Shown in pieces: positions 1 through 14,920 of a DNA stretch of 64,000 nucleotides. The DNA is taken from the NCBI RefSeq assembly GCF_009914755.1, contig NC_060925.1, one strand, 5' to 3'. Source of the DNA: the human T2T-CHM13v2.0 reference genome, Homo sapiens. Under the pieces are notes generated by a model that did no database searches, was not told the origin of the DNA, and saw only the letters and a program-made list of their open reading frames with translations. Made by a program: the position numbers and the translations under genes. Within the stretch, counting starts at the first letter, position 1, and each line of letters begins with the position of its first letter.

Positions 1-149
1 ACTTTGCAGCTGCCAGCGACCTGACTGTGCAAGCTGAGAGGATGCATGGGCACAGGTGGCATTAGCTGCTCGCGCTGTTGGCACCAAGCTGGCCTCAGAA
101 AAGGGGGGGTAGGTTTTGTTTTACTGTTTTGGTCACTTATTTCATTTAA

Positions 150-495
150 AAAAATTTATTAGATGAGAGTGTTTTTGGCTCATACAACGGAAACATTGCT
201 AGGTCCAGCTGGATTTCTGGGTCCAGTGGTACCCTCTGGAGTTTCTCTGAATCTCCACCTCGGCTCGCGTTAGCTCCCTGCTGGTCCCCTCCTCAGGCAG
301 CCTCTCCCCTTGTGATGACAAGACGGCCACCAGCAGCTGCAGGCTGCATCCTGTCCTTCCTGCAAACCCAGAGGGACAGGGAAGTCTCAGTGTTTCCCCC
401 AAAGCAAAGAACTGAGCCTCACTGGTGCTGACTGGGCCACAGCCCCACCCCCTGGGACACAGAAGAACTGATTGGCTAGGCCTGACCATGCCCAG
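150..495. mobile_element. Old MaLR LTR fragment (MLT1K-like)
   Basis: Degenerate motifs gacggccaccagcagc, tcactgg...ctggg and ctgattggctaggcctg. Confidence 0.45.
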
Positions 496-1146
496 CCTTA
501 GAACCTGCAAGGAAGAGGCCCTGCCTGGTAGGCAAGCACATGACATGGCCACCACATCACCTGAGTGCTCAGCAAGGTAACCCAGGGCAGCCCAGCTCAC
601 CCAGCCCAGCATGGCCATACCCCAGGGCCCCCAAAGACCCTTGTTGGGAATCACTTGTGCAACAGGCTCGGATAGCTTTACACTCCAGAAAGACAGTAGC
701 ATTCTACTTGAAGGGTCTCTGCAGTGACTTCTTTTCTGATAACAAGAAGCATTCCTCAGTTTACCTGTTTGGGACATTCCTATTTGGTGTTAGGCTTTTG
801 TAAAGAGAGGGCGTACCTGTGGGGGACCTGGCACTGGGTCATTTCCCCAAGATGCCATTGCCGTGTCCCCCAGCACCTGGGTGACTGCTACATCACTGCC
901 TGTGACCTCAACTCTCTTCCTTCCTCTTACAGCAGGGATGAGATCACAGCCAGGAAGTGTTGGGATGATTCCATTACAAAGATGATGTTTGTTGAATGGA
1001 TGTCTGGAGAGAGACAGCAGCCAGAGGTCAGCAGCTTTGCTCCTGCCTCTCCAGGGTCCACCCTTACTGGGCAGTACCATCCAACCATCCATGCCCAGCT
1101 CATAGAGGGCACTCAGGAAATAGCAGCTGATATTTGGTCATTATAT

Positions 1147-1452
1147 ATTTTTTTGGAGACAGAATCTCGCTGTGTTGCCCAGGCGGGAATACAGTGGCAT
1201 GGTCTAGGCTCACTGCAACCTCCACCTCCCAGGTCAAGGGATTCTCCCACCTCAGCCTCCCGAGCAACTGGGATTACACGCACCCTTCACCACACCCGGC
1301 TAATTTTTCCTTTTTTTTTTTTTTTTTTTTTTAGTAGAGACAGGGTTTCACCATGTTAGCCAGGCTAGTCTCAAACTCCTAACCTCAGGTGATCCACCTG
1401 CCTCGGCCTCCCAAAGTGCTGGGATTACAGGCGTGAGCTACCTCGCCCAGCC
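1147..1452 (-). mobile_element. Alu
   Basis: Antisense Alu dimer with an expanded central T tract. Confidence 0.95.
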
Positions 1453-2665
1453 ATTGTCATTACTATTGTTATTGTGCTGGTTGTTCAGCCTGGAAGTTTC
1501 TCCAGGCTCAGGAAGCAGTCTTGACCCTTGCTGGCCTTCACCTCTCTGGCTGCCTCCATTCCATGCCTAAACATTTGGAGTTACAATTCCTTAGCTCATC
1601 TTTTGGATCTAAACACCCCAGAGGGTAGAGATGATGCTGGCATAGCTCCTGGCCTGAGGGAACACTCACCGATCTACCAGAGGCTGGGACACCCACCGTG
1701 GGGCTTGCAGGAGGATGATCTGGTTTTGAATCTGCACAGTGCTGGTTATGAGCCTGTGATCTCCACTCCCTTCCCTCCTCTTACAGCAGGGACAAGACAG
1801 CAGCCAGGGAGTGTTGGGATGATTCCATTTACAAAGATGACATGCAAAATGTCCAGCTCAGTGGCTGGTACCGGGGCAGAGCTCTAGGCCTGTGGGTTGC
1901 GATTCATCTGTGAAGCCCAGAGAGGGCAAAGTTCCTGGACATAAGGCCTCAGGCAGCCCCGTGAGCCCTGGATAGCAGGGGCTAACCCAAGGTGGCAGAG
2001 AGGCCCTTTCGGCATTCAGCCTTGACCCCTGTCTTCCAAGGCAGGTTGCTTAAGACATTGGTATTTGTCTTTGCTACTGACGGCCTGGGACAACCCCTCA
2101 TCCCCTTCCCTCTCTCTGTCATTAGCAAACCTCTGCTTCTGACCTTAGATAAAGGAGTGCTTTGTTCATGGAACTGGTGTGTAGATTAAAAACTCCTTCT
2201 TTTAGAGCAGGGCTTGGGGGCAGGTGAGAGACGGGATTTTAGAGGGGTTCAGAGGATGGACTCTGGACTCACTATCTGTCTCACAGCCGTGCTCTGCTAC
2301 TTATTAACATGAGGCTATGGGCAGGTTAAGGAACCTCTCTGGGCTCGAGTGTCTGTGACTCTAGCATGGGATTGGCAGTGGTGGCTGCTTCGTGATGACA
2401 TGAGGTCATCTGGGCTCAGAGGAAGCATTCAGTGCATGTGAACTCTTCTAAGCACAATGTGAAGATGCATCTTTTAAAAATGAAACGCCCTCTGATAAAA
2501 TGTGTACTCCTCCCAATTTGGAACCTGACACACATTGTCTAGATCCACCTGAAGCTGCAAGAGCCCTGCTGCCAGATACCAGGGCAGGAAATCTTATCCT
2601 GGGGGACACTCCAGGAAAAGCCAGTGAATTCCCTTTAAATTATACAGGATTGTGCCTGTGGCCCT

Positions 2666-3490
<825 letters not shown>

Positions 3491-3843
3491 AAGCAACATG
3501 AAATTAACACAGCCCTTCTTGGGGCGGTGGGTAGCCGTTTATCAGGTTTTCACCCACGTCGAGTCAGCTGAGGAACAGTCACTGGTCCAAGTCGCCCCAC
3601 CTGGCCCCCAGAGGCCCCTGCTGGGAAGGGCAGCCACCACTGCCATTCCCATGCTAGAGGCACAGACACTCAGGCCCAGAGAGTTTCCTTCATCTGCCCA
3701 AAGCCTCACTTTAATAAGTAGCAGAGCACGGCTGTGAGATGACTGCTATTTTCTCTTCCTCCTCCTCAGCCTCCGTGTTCCTAGATCACTCATCCCAAAT
3801 GCAAATATATTTTTCAGTAGTAATTGCTTCTCTGGGGAGGAAT

Positions 3844-5230
3844 TTTTTTTTTTTGAAGTTTGCAAATCTTTTTATTTCCAGCTGTTGAGACAATATTTTT
3901 GAGAGCTGATGTTACTCTAGTGGCCAAACCAGTGCCAGCTATTAAACAGCCAGAAAGCTACAGTAATTGACTACGTGACCATTTCTCTTTTAGCACGTTG
4001 TTTGTTCTCCTTTTCCAGAAGTTGTAGGCGTCTGTTTAGTTTGATTATGTGTCGTCTTAGTGAAGCTGCATCTACAACAGTCAGGTCATCCGATGTTCCT
4101 TCAGTTGTTGCGTCTGTATTTGAAATGCCATACGTGATGTTGTCATGATGAGGATTAGAAGTGGCCGGAGCAGACCTGCCACGCGACACAGGGAGAGAAT
4201 CATTTCTGACCAGCTGTCCGTTTTGATGAACAGCATTTTCATTCATAGACCGTGCCCTCTTTAGTCTGCCGGCTGCAAAGATTTCTTCATTTTCAGGGGT
4301 TGTAAGAGATCTTTCTAAATCCAGAAAATCTGGTGGTCTTTCACTTAGTTTTTAGCACCAGGGGTTTGAAGGGAGTTGATTGAATAAGGTCAGGATCTAC
4401 TGGTCTTGAAAGTGGAATATCTTCATTATTTCTTACAACACCAACCCTCTCCAGAACCTGCACACTAGTATCAGGAACTCCTTCTTGGAATCCTTGCTCC
4501 AGGTCAGCGTTTGGCAGTGCTACTTTTTTTCTTTCTTTCTTTCTTTTCTTTTCCTTTTTTTTTTTTTTTTTTTTATGACAGAATCTTGCTCTGCTGCCCA
4601 GGCTGGAGTGCAGTGGCATGATCTCCTGGCTCACTGCAACCTCCGCCTCCCGGGTTCAAGCAATTATCTGCCTCAGCCTCCCGAGTAGCTGGAATTACAG
4701 GTGCGCACCACCACACCCGGCTACTTTTTGTATTTTTAGTAGAGACAGGTTTCACCATCGTGGTCAGGCTGGTCTTGAACTCCTGACCTCGTGATCCACC
4801 CACCTCGGCCTCCCAAAGTGCTGGGATTACAGGCGTGAGCCACTGCGCCTGGCCGGTGGTGCTACTTTTAACTTTTCTGGGATCCTCACTTACTGACTAA
4901 TGCCTGCAGTCTATTCCATTTCTTACTGAATTCAACGGATTTCTGCCATCTCTGCAGCAGTGGGAGAAGGAAATGCTGCCCCACTCACAAATGTGTACTT
5001 GCTATTTGGCACGGTTTGCTTCTACGCTTCATAGTAAATCCTTTGACTTGCTTCAATGTGCATGTGCTGGATTGAGAGCCACTTTTGTCCCCCTGGGCCC
5101 ACAGGAGGGTCCCAGTGAGGGCTGCCACCCGCCAGTTCCCGGGGGCATTGGGGCGGGTGCTTAGAGGCTGTTGGCTGAGAGCACGGAGGCACCCAGGCAC
5201 AGCACCGGCGTAGCAGCCCGCAGAGGGCCC
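3844..5230 (-). pseudogene. MFFP1: Full-length processed pseudogene of mitochondrial fission factor (MFF), interrupted by an Alu
   Basis: Minus-strand translations match MFF: MAEIR*IQ*EME*... (ATG at 4949), NADLEQGFQEGVP, DLIQSTPFKPL, QNGQLVRNDSL and VVDAASLRRHIIKLNRRLQLLEKENKQRAKREMV. It is intronless, has stops and a frameshifting deletion, and has a poly(A) at 3843-3854. A 14-bp TSD ctctggggaggaat is at 3830-3843 and 5231-5244. The symbol number is from recall. Confidence 0.93.
4528..4854 (-). mobile_element. Alu (S-type) inserted into the MFF retrocopy
   Basis: Full dimer with a long T-rich tail. The 15-bp TSD is at 4513-4527 and 4855-4869, with a TT/AAAA endonuclease site on the minus strand. 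Confidence 0.95.
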
Positions 5231-5665
5231 CTCTGGGGAGGAATCTGAGAAGCCCACAGAACAGCCTGCGCTGTCATCTGGGGGTTTCTAAATTAGAGCC
5301 ATTCCAGGTGACCCATGGAGGTACCTCTCCTAGTCCCCAGTTGCACCAGCTGCCGGCCCTAGGCCTCCCTCTCCAGGCTGCCACTGCCTGTCTTTGTGGG
5401 GAAACTGGCTGTAGTTCCTGCAGTGGGATGGATATGGGCCCTTCTGTCTTGGGATAAACCTCTGAGCAGCTGCTTGAGATCACAGGCTGGCACCTAACGT
5501 GGAGTTATCATTCACACACCCAGAAAGGCAACAGCCCTGTGGCACTGTTCTCTGGCCTCCCCAGGTTTCCCACAGCAAATGACAACAGCAGCTTGCAGTG
5601 TGCCTGTCCTGTGCCGGACCTGGACTCTCAGAAGTGGCTGGGGAAGTAGACAGCATTTTCTTTTT

Positions 5666-5968
<303 letters not shown>

Positions 5969-6237
5969 TAACAGGTGAGGAGGTGAAGGGCATTGCCAGG
6001 GGTGTACAGAATTAAACCTACATCCCACAGACTCCAAAATCCATCTATATTCCACTCTACTGCTAAGCCAACTACTGATTCACTCAACAGATTCCACTAT
6101 ACCACTATGCTGTGCTATTCCTTCATTCAACAAACATCTATTAAGCTCCTCTGGCCTGTGCCAGGCTTGTTCTTGGACTAGAGAGAGCAGTGAACAAAAA
6201 TGACAAAAATTCACACCCTTGAAAGTTTACCTCCTGC

Positions 6238-6445
6238 AGCCACACTTTCCAACAGAAATAGAATTCAAGGCCCATATATAATTTTAAATTTCCTGGTAAC
6301 CACACCTTTTTTAAAAAGGACAAAGAAACAGGCAAAATTAATTTTAATAATATATTTAGCTCGACATGTTCAAAATATGTCAACATGAAATTAATATAAA
6401 AATGTTAGTGAGGTATTCTTTTTGTCCTCCTAAGCCTCAGAAACT
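6238..6445. mobile_element. MER33-like hAT-Charlie fragment, copy 1
   Basis: Contains aaagaaacaggcaaaattaattttaataatatatt and caacatgaaattaatataaaa. Confidence 0.7.
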
Positions 6446-6965
6446 TGATGAAAGCTAGTTCCCTCTGGCCACCTGACAGCAAGCTGGGTGTGATTGTCAT
6501 TGGGTCACCTGGAGCTCAGCCCCGCATTGTCCATCAGTCCATTCCTGCCACGTGCCCCTTGGGACTGCACTGGCCATAGCAGTGGGCTCCGTGGCTCCCT
6601 GTTGCTGTGGAATTGGGGAGCCACCATTTCTCTGGATTTAGAGAGGTGCTGGGCCTCAGCTCAGAGGGCTAGGTTAATGCACCTCTCAGTTTGTAACATG
6701 TCATTGTTACTGGGCCCTACAGAGCCGCTTCCTATCTTTTCGTTGTTATTCTTTTATTCCTCTTTTCTCCCCTCTCCTATTCCATCCAGGGCACCCATCC
6801 TAACATGTTTAACATGCCTCTTGTTGGCTGTGGTCTTGTACATTGTGTCTTTCTCATTTCCGTGGATGATATTGCGTTCTGTCTCATTCTGATTGGTTAT
6901 CCCCTACCTTACGTTTTTCAGCCAGCAATTTTATTTTCCTGGCCATAAATTCAAGAGCGCACCTG

Positions 6966-7570
<605 letters not shown>

Positions 7571-8319
7571 CATAGAGTTTATTGGGACTCTCTTGTCCCC
7601 ATAGTTTGTTCCCATGAGTCCCCCACCCTCGTTCATCTTCTCTAGGCTACCTCAAAGGAACCGGTTTGCCCTCATTCTCTAGGATGTTCTAGCTCCTTCT
7701 CTGAGTCTCTTGACTCATCGATTCTTCCTTGAGTTCTGAGATTACTACCAGCTAGGGCTTGCTATATGACATGTCACTTTGTCCTCACATCACCCCCATT
7801 CTGAGACTGAGGGAAGAGCTGGCCCAGGGTTGCACACCTAGTGGGTACTGAGCCTGATTCCAGACTCCAGCAGCCTGAGCACAGAGCCCAGCTCCTAATG
7901 AGCATCTCCTGCCCAACCGACTGCCCTCGGCCTTGACCCAGCAGGATTCCCAGGAGACGTGGCTTGTGGGAAAGAAGCCCAAGCAGTCCTGGCTGAACTT
8001 CTTTTTCTGAGATGTGTTGAGAGTATCAATTATGTGTGGGTCCTCAGAGACCTGCAACTCCGTGGCTTACTCAAGGCAAAAAGTTCCCTCCCCATCACTT
8101 AAAAGATGGAGGCAGTCCTCAGCCCTGAGTTTTTATTCCTGCGACTTTGCTGTGTGTGCATCTCACTCACTGCATCTGACAATTGCACGGCACTGCATGG
8201 TGTGCGCCTAGCTCATCCACCCATCCATCCCCCACCCAGAGACACCCAGACTGCTGCAGTGGACAGCCTCACCCACGGGCCCTGTGTGGGATGTGAACTC
8301 AGCTGGAGACCTGCCGTGC

Positions 8320-8573
8320 TGTGCCAGAGTGAGCTTGGACCACTTTACAACAGCCAATTATGCACATCTCCTCCCTACTCCGAGTTCAGTGACATCGTGT
8401 CAGTAGCTCAATAGTGCCGTGATGGGAATATTTACACCCCAGCGATGGGCCGTGGCAATCACTACAAATCTGGGCTGTGTGTGTGTGTGCATGTGTGTGT
8501 GTGTGCGTGTGCATGCACACATGTGAAAGAGAGAGGGGGAGGGAGAGAGAGCTAGTTTACCAGCATACCACTG
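8320..8573. mobile_element. MER63-like hAT fragment containing a (TG)n(GA)n microsatellite at 8476-8551
   Basis: Contains gttcagtgacatc, gggaatatttacacc and a terminal gagagctagtttaccagcataccactg. Confidence 0.55.
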
Positions 8574-8629
8574 TGAGGGAGTATGTGGAGACTTTGTTTT
8601 CTAGAGACATGGTGCACCAGCACACACAG

Positions 8630-8748
8630 CAAGAGACAGGGTCTTTCTATGTTTCCTGGGCTGGTCTCAAACTCCTGGCCTCAAACAATCCTCCCACTTG
8701 AGCCTCGCAAAGCACTGGCATTACAGGCATGAACTATTGTACCCAGCC
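8630..8748 (-). mobile_element. Free left Alu monomer (FLAM-like)
   Basis: Single monomer gagacagggtc...ctggcattacaggcatga...cccagcc. Confidence 0.8.
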
Positions 8749-9636
8749 CTTTAATTTTATTGAATTAAGTGCTTCCAGACTGGTACCAGAATGACCATCC
8801 AATTTTACATGTCATTTCAAAAAAATTGTTTTCCCAGTTTCCAATTTAAAAAGACTTATGAACAAGTATGTGCATTAAACAACAGTGACAACATAATTTC
8901 AAGTCACTTATTAATTCAGCTAGTTGGCCCTGGGATGTAGTGCAGAATTCTAAAGATAAGTGTTGACTAGAATTCAGTTTCTAGTTTTGGCATTCTAGGA
9001 CTCTTTCAAATGCAGGAGACAGAAAACTCAGTGTAATGAATGAGCTCTTATCACTCAGCCCTCCAGGGTTCTTCAGACACAGCGGGATCCAGGTTTGCAA
9101 ACAGTGCCATGAGGACTCACTCCCTGCCGTTTGGTTCTGCTTTTTGCTGTGTTCATTCATTCCCAGGCAGGCTTTCTCTGCCCAATGCTCTGAGCTGCCT
9201 ATGCAATGGAGGAGTGTCTCTTTCTCAGCAATTCCAGGGAAAGTTAAAATTTGAAACTCATTGGCCCAGTGTGGGTTACGTGTCCGTCTTGAAATTATCA
9301 CTGTGCCCCAGAGTGTGGGAGGCCCTGATTGGCCAGGCCTGGGCATGTGCCTGCCCCTTGAGCCAGAATCAAAGTCATATGGACTGAGAATGGGGAGGGC
9401 CCTAGAGAAGGAAAACCAGGCACTGTTCCCAGCAGGTTAGGAGTGCCTGCTGGGCAGGTAAAACAACAGCATCCTCTCAACTTCTCTGGGGCGCTTGAGA
9501 CTGACCGGTGCCCCTCCCTGTTGGACACCTCCTCCTGTGACCTTTGGACCCTGCGTTTTCAGGGCTTCCCGGCCTCTCTGACTGAAGAGGCCTTCTCTGC
9601 ATCTTTACCCAGGCCATCTTCTTACCCTGCTTCTGG

Positions 9637-9692
9637 CTGAGGCTCTCTCCAAAAGCCCCGTACTGAGGCTCTCTCCAAAAGCCCCGTACTGA
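9637..9692 (+). repeat. Perfect 26-bp tandem duplication
   Basis: ctgaggctctctccaaaagccccgta occurs twice, followed by ctga. Confidence 0.95.
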
Positions 9693-10019
9693 ATCACTCA
9701 CCTCATTCCTGCTAAGTGTGTGTTGTGACCAGTGCTCCGATTATGGGCACAGGCTCTGTGTACTCTCGTCGGGATGGTATCATTGTTGCCATTTTACAGA
9801 TGAGGAAACCGAGGCTCTCAGTGGTGGAAGGAGCAGCTAGTGAAGCAGATGCACACCAGGGTCCTTGCCTTCAGCTGCCGTAGCCCTCCACTTCCCTGAT
9901 CTCGCTGTGTCTGTCACCAGGGCCCTCCAGCTCTGAAACTATGTCCCTTTCCTTGTGGTATCTGCACCCAGCCAGCCGCCACCTTTCCTCCCACAACCGT
10001 GAACCTCTCAGCCTGTGTG

Positions 10020-10490
10020 GACAGGCGTAGCTTTGGCTATACATGACAAAAAAAAAAAAAAAAAAGCAGATTCAATAAGATAAACCTTTATTTTTCTCTT
10101 ATGTAAACAGAGTCCAGAGGTCAGCAGTCCAGGGCTGAAAAGGCAGCACCGTGATCCTCAGGGACCTAGGCTCCTTCTATCTTGCTGCTCTGCCAGTCTC
10201 TACCTCACATCCTAGTATGGCTGCTTGAGCTCCAACCATCACATCTGCACTAGAACCAATAGGAAGTGGGAAGCAGGGGGAGACATGTCTCCTCATTTAA
10301 CATGCTTCCCTTCCTGAATGTGCCCCACCCCCTATACACACCCTGCTTATATCCCATTGGCCAGAACTTAGTCACATGCAACCGCTAGTGAGCTGCCTAA
10401 GAGGCTGGGTACTGCTATCTTTATTCTAGGAAGCCACGGAAAGCCAAGCATCAGCTTACTATGGAGGAAGGGGAACACGGATATTGGGAA
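10020..10490 (-). mobile_element. Old MaLR LTR (MLT1J-like)
   Basis: Contains gcagtccagggctg, ggctccttctatcttgctgctctgcc and cccattggccagaacttagtcacatg. Confidence 0.6.
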
Positions 10491-10510
10491 CCACAAATAG
10501 GCAAAATTAG

Positions 10511-10810
<300 letters not shown>

Positions 10811-11174
10811 AACTGGCAAAACTCAACCACCCTGCCGACCAAATGAAAACATCAGACCAGTGAATTGGCACGCTCTCTTTTCTTTCCCTCCAGCACAGGG
10901 AGAAGGAGGAAAGAGCAGCAGGCTCACTGTGCTTGGAGGTGAGCTGTGCCGGGCAGGTGACATCTCACCTTGGCCAGATCTCTCTGGTGCATTCCTCAGG
11001 AGGTCAGCCCCGTTTCCGGCCCTTAGCTGGGACCTGCTTGGTGTTTACAGATTGACGTGGCAGAGGGGAAAAACACCCAAGATGTGCCCACTGAGCCCTG
11101 TGAAATCGTTTTCCAGCATGGAAGTTTCACCAGGGCTTCTCTATAGACAGTGAGGCCACTTCTGAATGCCATAA

Positions 11175-11528
<354 letters not shown>

Positions 11529-12116
11529 AGTTCACAGAGATTTTAAAACCCAGGGGGGCAGGTGGTTGTGAGGGTGGGCTAGCCACGGGTTGGGGGAATC
11601 ATAATGCCAGCTTTCCCTGCAGCATCATGTCTTGGCAGCACCAAACACAGAAGAGGAAACTGAGATTCTGAGAGGCGTAAGGAGCAGCTACTGAAGCAGA
11701 TGCATGCCAGGGTCCTTGCCTTCAGCTGCCATAGTCTCCCATCTCCCCAGTCTCCATGTTTCTCTGTCACCAGGGCCCTCCAGCTCTGAAATGATATACT
11801 TTCCCTGTGGTACCTGCACACAGCCAGCCAAACACTCTGTTGGATAACCCTCCACGTGGATAACACGCTCACCCCTCAACCCTATGAGACCAATATTGTA
11901 TCCTAGCTGCTGCTGGGCAGAGGTGGGATTTAGTTCCCTCCTGTGAGCTGTTGTGCCCTGACTTCTCTGCGAAGTGGGGACCGTAGCACTTCCTTCCCGG
12001 GGCTGCTGGGAGATGATGTGTGAAACATATTAGCAATACCGTGGAGGTTGTGAGCACTCGGCCCAGGGTAGATCTTTTTTATTACCCAGTGGGAAAGAGG
12101 GCCTAAGCGAAGCAAA

Positions 12117-12758
<642 letters not shown>

Positions 12759-13349
12759 AGCTCTTAATCTCTCTTCCCCTCCCCTTCCCTGCAAGCTGTC
12801 CCCTTTTAACCTTAATTCCAGTTTTATGATTAAACATCTCAGCGTCAATTATTTACAACACATCCAGATGAGTATCAGAGCTGCAGGGGACTGAATGACT
12901 CACACTGGGGAAGCTGGTTTTTATGAAGGGAAAAACGACACTAAGAAAAACAGGGAATTGTATCTCCTGACCACAGAGACTGAAACTGACCTAGGGAAAG
13001 TTTCTGTCAGCCGCAGCACAGGGAGGATCTCTTCGTGGGAGTGGGGGGCCCGGGAGGCACCAGGCAGTGGAGTGTGCCACAGGTGCCTCACACCTGTATA
13101 TGGCACCTGCCAGCACGCAGGCTGTTTACTTACCCAATAGTTGGTTTGACTGGGCACAATTCCTTCATCCAGATAAAACTAATCACTCGGAGTGAGTCGT
13201 GTCTAGTTTGAATCTTTGCTGCACCATTCACTGTGTGACTTTGAGCAAGTTTCTTAACTTCCCTAACTACAGGCTCCTCTTCTGTGAAATGGGGCTTATT
13301 CTAGAAACTTTTTCATCAGCTTGGGAAGTTTAAGCATGGTAATAAATAA

Positions 13350-13565
13350 CTGAGAAATTAGACTGTGATTATATTAAGTAAATAATATTCGTAATAGGTC
13401 GTTAAGAAAAATAAATATATTAAAATTTTATAAATAAAAACAAAACAGAATACATAAAATTAATAAAGAAAAGTAAATATATAATGAGTATTAAAATTGT
13501 ATAAATAAAATTTAAAAATGGAATACATAAAATTAATAGTAATAATAAGTAATAAATAATAATAA
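13350..13565. repeat. AT-rich low-complexity tract inside a MIR
   Basis: Nearly pure A/T. MIR sequence lies on both sides (about 13205-13330 and 13565-13610). Confidence 0.8.
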
Positions 13566-14454
13566 AGGCATGTAAGGCACCCAGCACTGGCATTTCATAG
13601 GAGCTTAGGAGAATGTTCACTGTAGTTGCCACAATTCCGAAATGTAACAGTTGGAAAAAGAATCAAGTGTGACAAGTGACTTCCTAAAAATCGAAGACAG
13701 GAAGGAAACCCAGGACTCGAGAAAGCAGCTCTGGCTAAGATGCTTCGAGTAGGAAAGTCAGGTATAAAGTGGAGATGAGGGAACGGGGAATGGCGAGGGG
13801 AGGGGGACAAGCTCGGCTCAATACCAAAAGAGCTCTTGGCAGCAGGTTTGGGAACCACTTCTACAGAGACAGCATTGCGGTGGCTAAAAAAGAAAATGTC
13901 CAGATATGGGCAGGACAAACTTTCTCAAACGGTGTCCTAATCTCCAGAATCAGAGCTGGTCTAAGAAAAGTCTGGGAACACAGAGGGCTTGCTTCTGCAG
14001 GACTCGTGGGCCTGCAGAGGGCTGGCTGTCTGCTTCACGTACCTCGACTTTTGGCTTAAAAGCCCTCATATAATGAGTACTTAAAATAAACGTCAGTCTT
14101 GTCCTGTCGTCAGCACTTTGGAACTGCAGTTTTGAGCCCCCAGGAAGTGGGGTGCCTGCTGACTCAAGCACGAGAATACCTTTATCAAGTTTGTTGGTCC
14201 CAGCAATGTTAGAACAAGTGTAAACTTGGCTCGTTAGCAGAATCCTGGGTTAAAATGTAAACTTGGTAGAGGAGCACCGCCATGCCAAGCCTCCCTCCAA
14301 CCTGGCCACACGAGGAAAGGGCGCATAATTCACCAAGCGATTGGTTTTATCAGGATTGAGAAACTGTGCCTAATCAAATCAGCTATTGAGTAGGTAAACA
14401 GTCTGTGCTGGCAGGCACCATACACAGGTGTGAACGGGAATGCCACCTGCAGGA

Positions 14455-14920
14455 GTTGCCTGGGTCTGCCATAACAAATTACCCCAAACTTCATGGCTGA
14501 AAACAACACACATTTATTGTCTTGCAATAAATGTGTTCTGGAGGCCAGAAGTCCAGCCTCAGTTTCATGGGTTAACATCACAATGTGGGCAGGGCTGGTT
14601 CCTCCAGAGGCTCTAGGAGAGCATGCGTCTTCTTGCCTTTTCCAGCTCCTGGAGGCACCGGCATCCCTGGACTTGTGACTCTCTCCTCACATCCTCCTGC
14701 TTCCACGATTCCATCTCCTGCTTCCTCCTTTGACCTTTCTGCTTCCCTCTTATAAGGCTACTACTCATCAAATTGGGCCCACCTGGATGATCCAACGTAA
14801 TCTCCCCATCTCAAGATTCTTAACTTAATCATGTCCAAAAAGGCACTTTTTCCATATAGGCTAGAAGTTACAAATTTTGATTAGGACCCGGATATCTTTG
14901 AAGACCACGATTCAGCCTCC
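14455..14920 (-). mobile_element. MLT1 (C/D-like) MaLR LTR
   Basis: Contains ctgccataacaaattacccc, ttctggaggccagaagtcc, atctccccatctcaagattcttaacttaatca and attcagcct. Confidence 0.75.

Noticed and set aside
724-1359. Long ORFs ending in Alu-type peptides (also 10611-11153, 16159-16611, 25663-26118, 44184-44621 and others)
   Set aside because: They are translations of Alu sequence ([17 protein letters not shown]), not genes.
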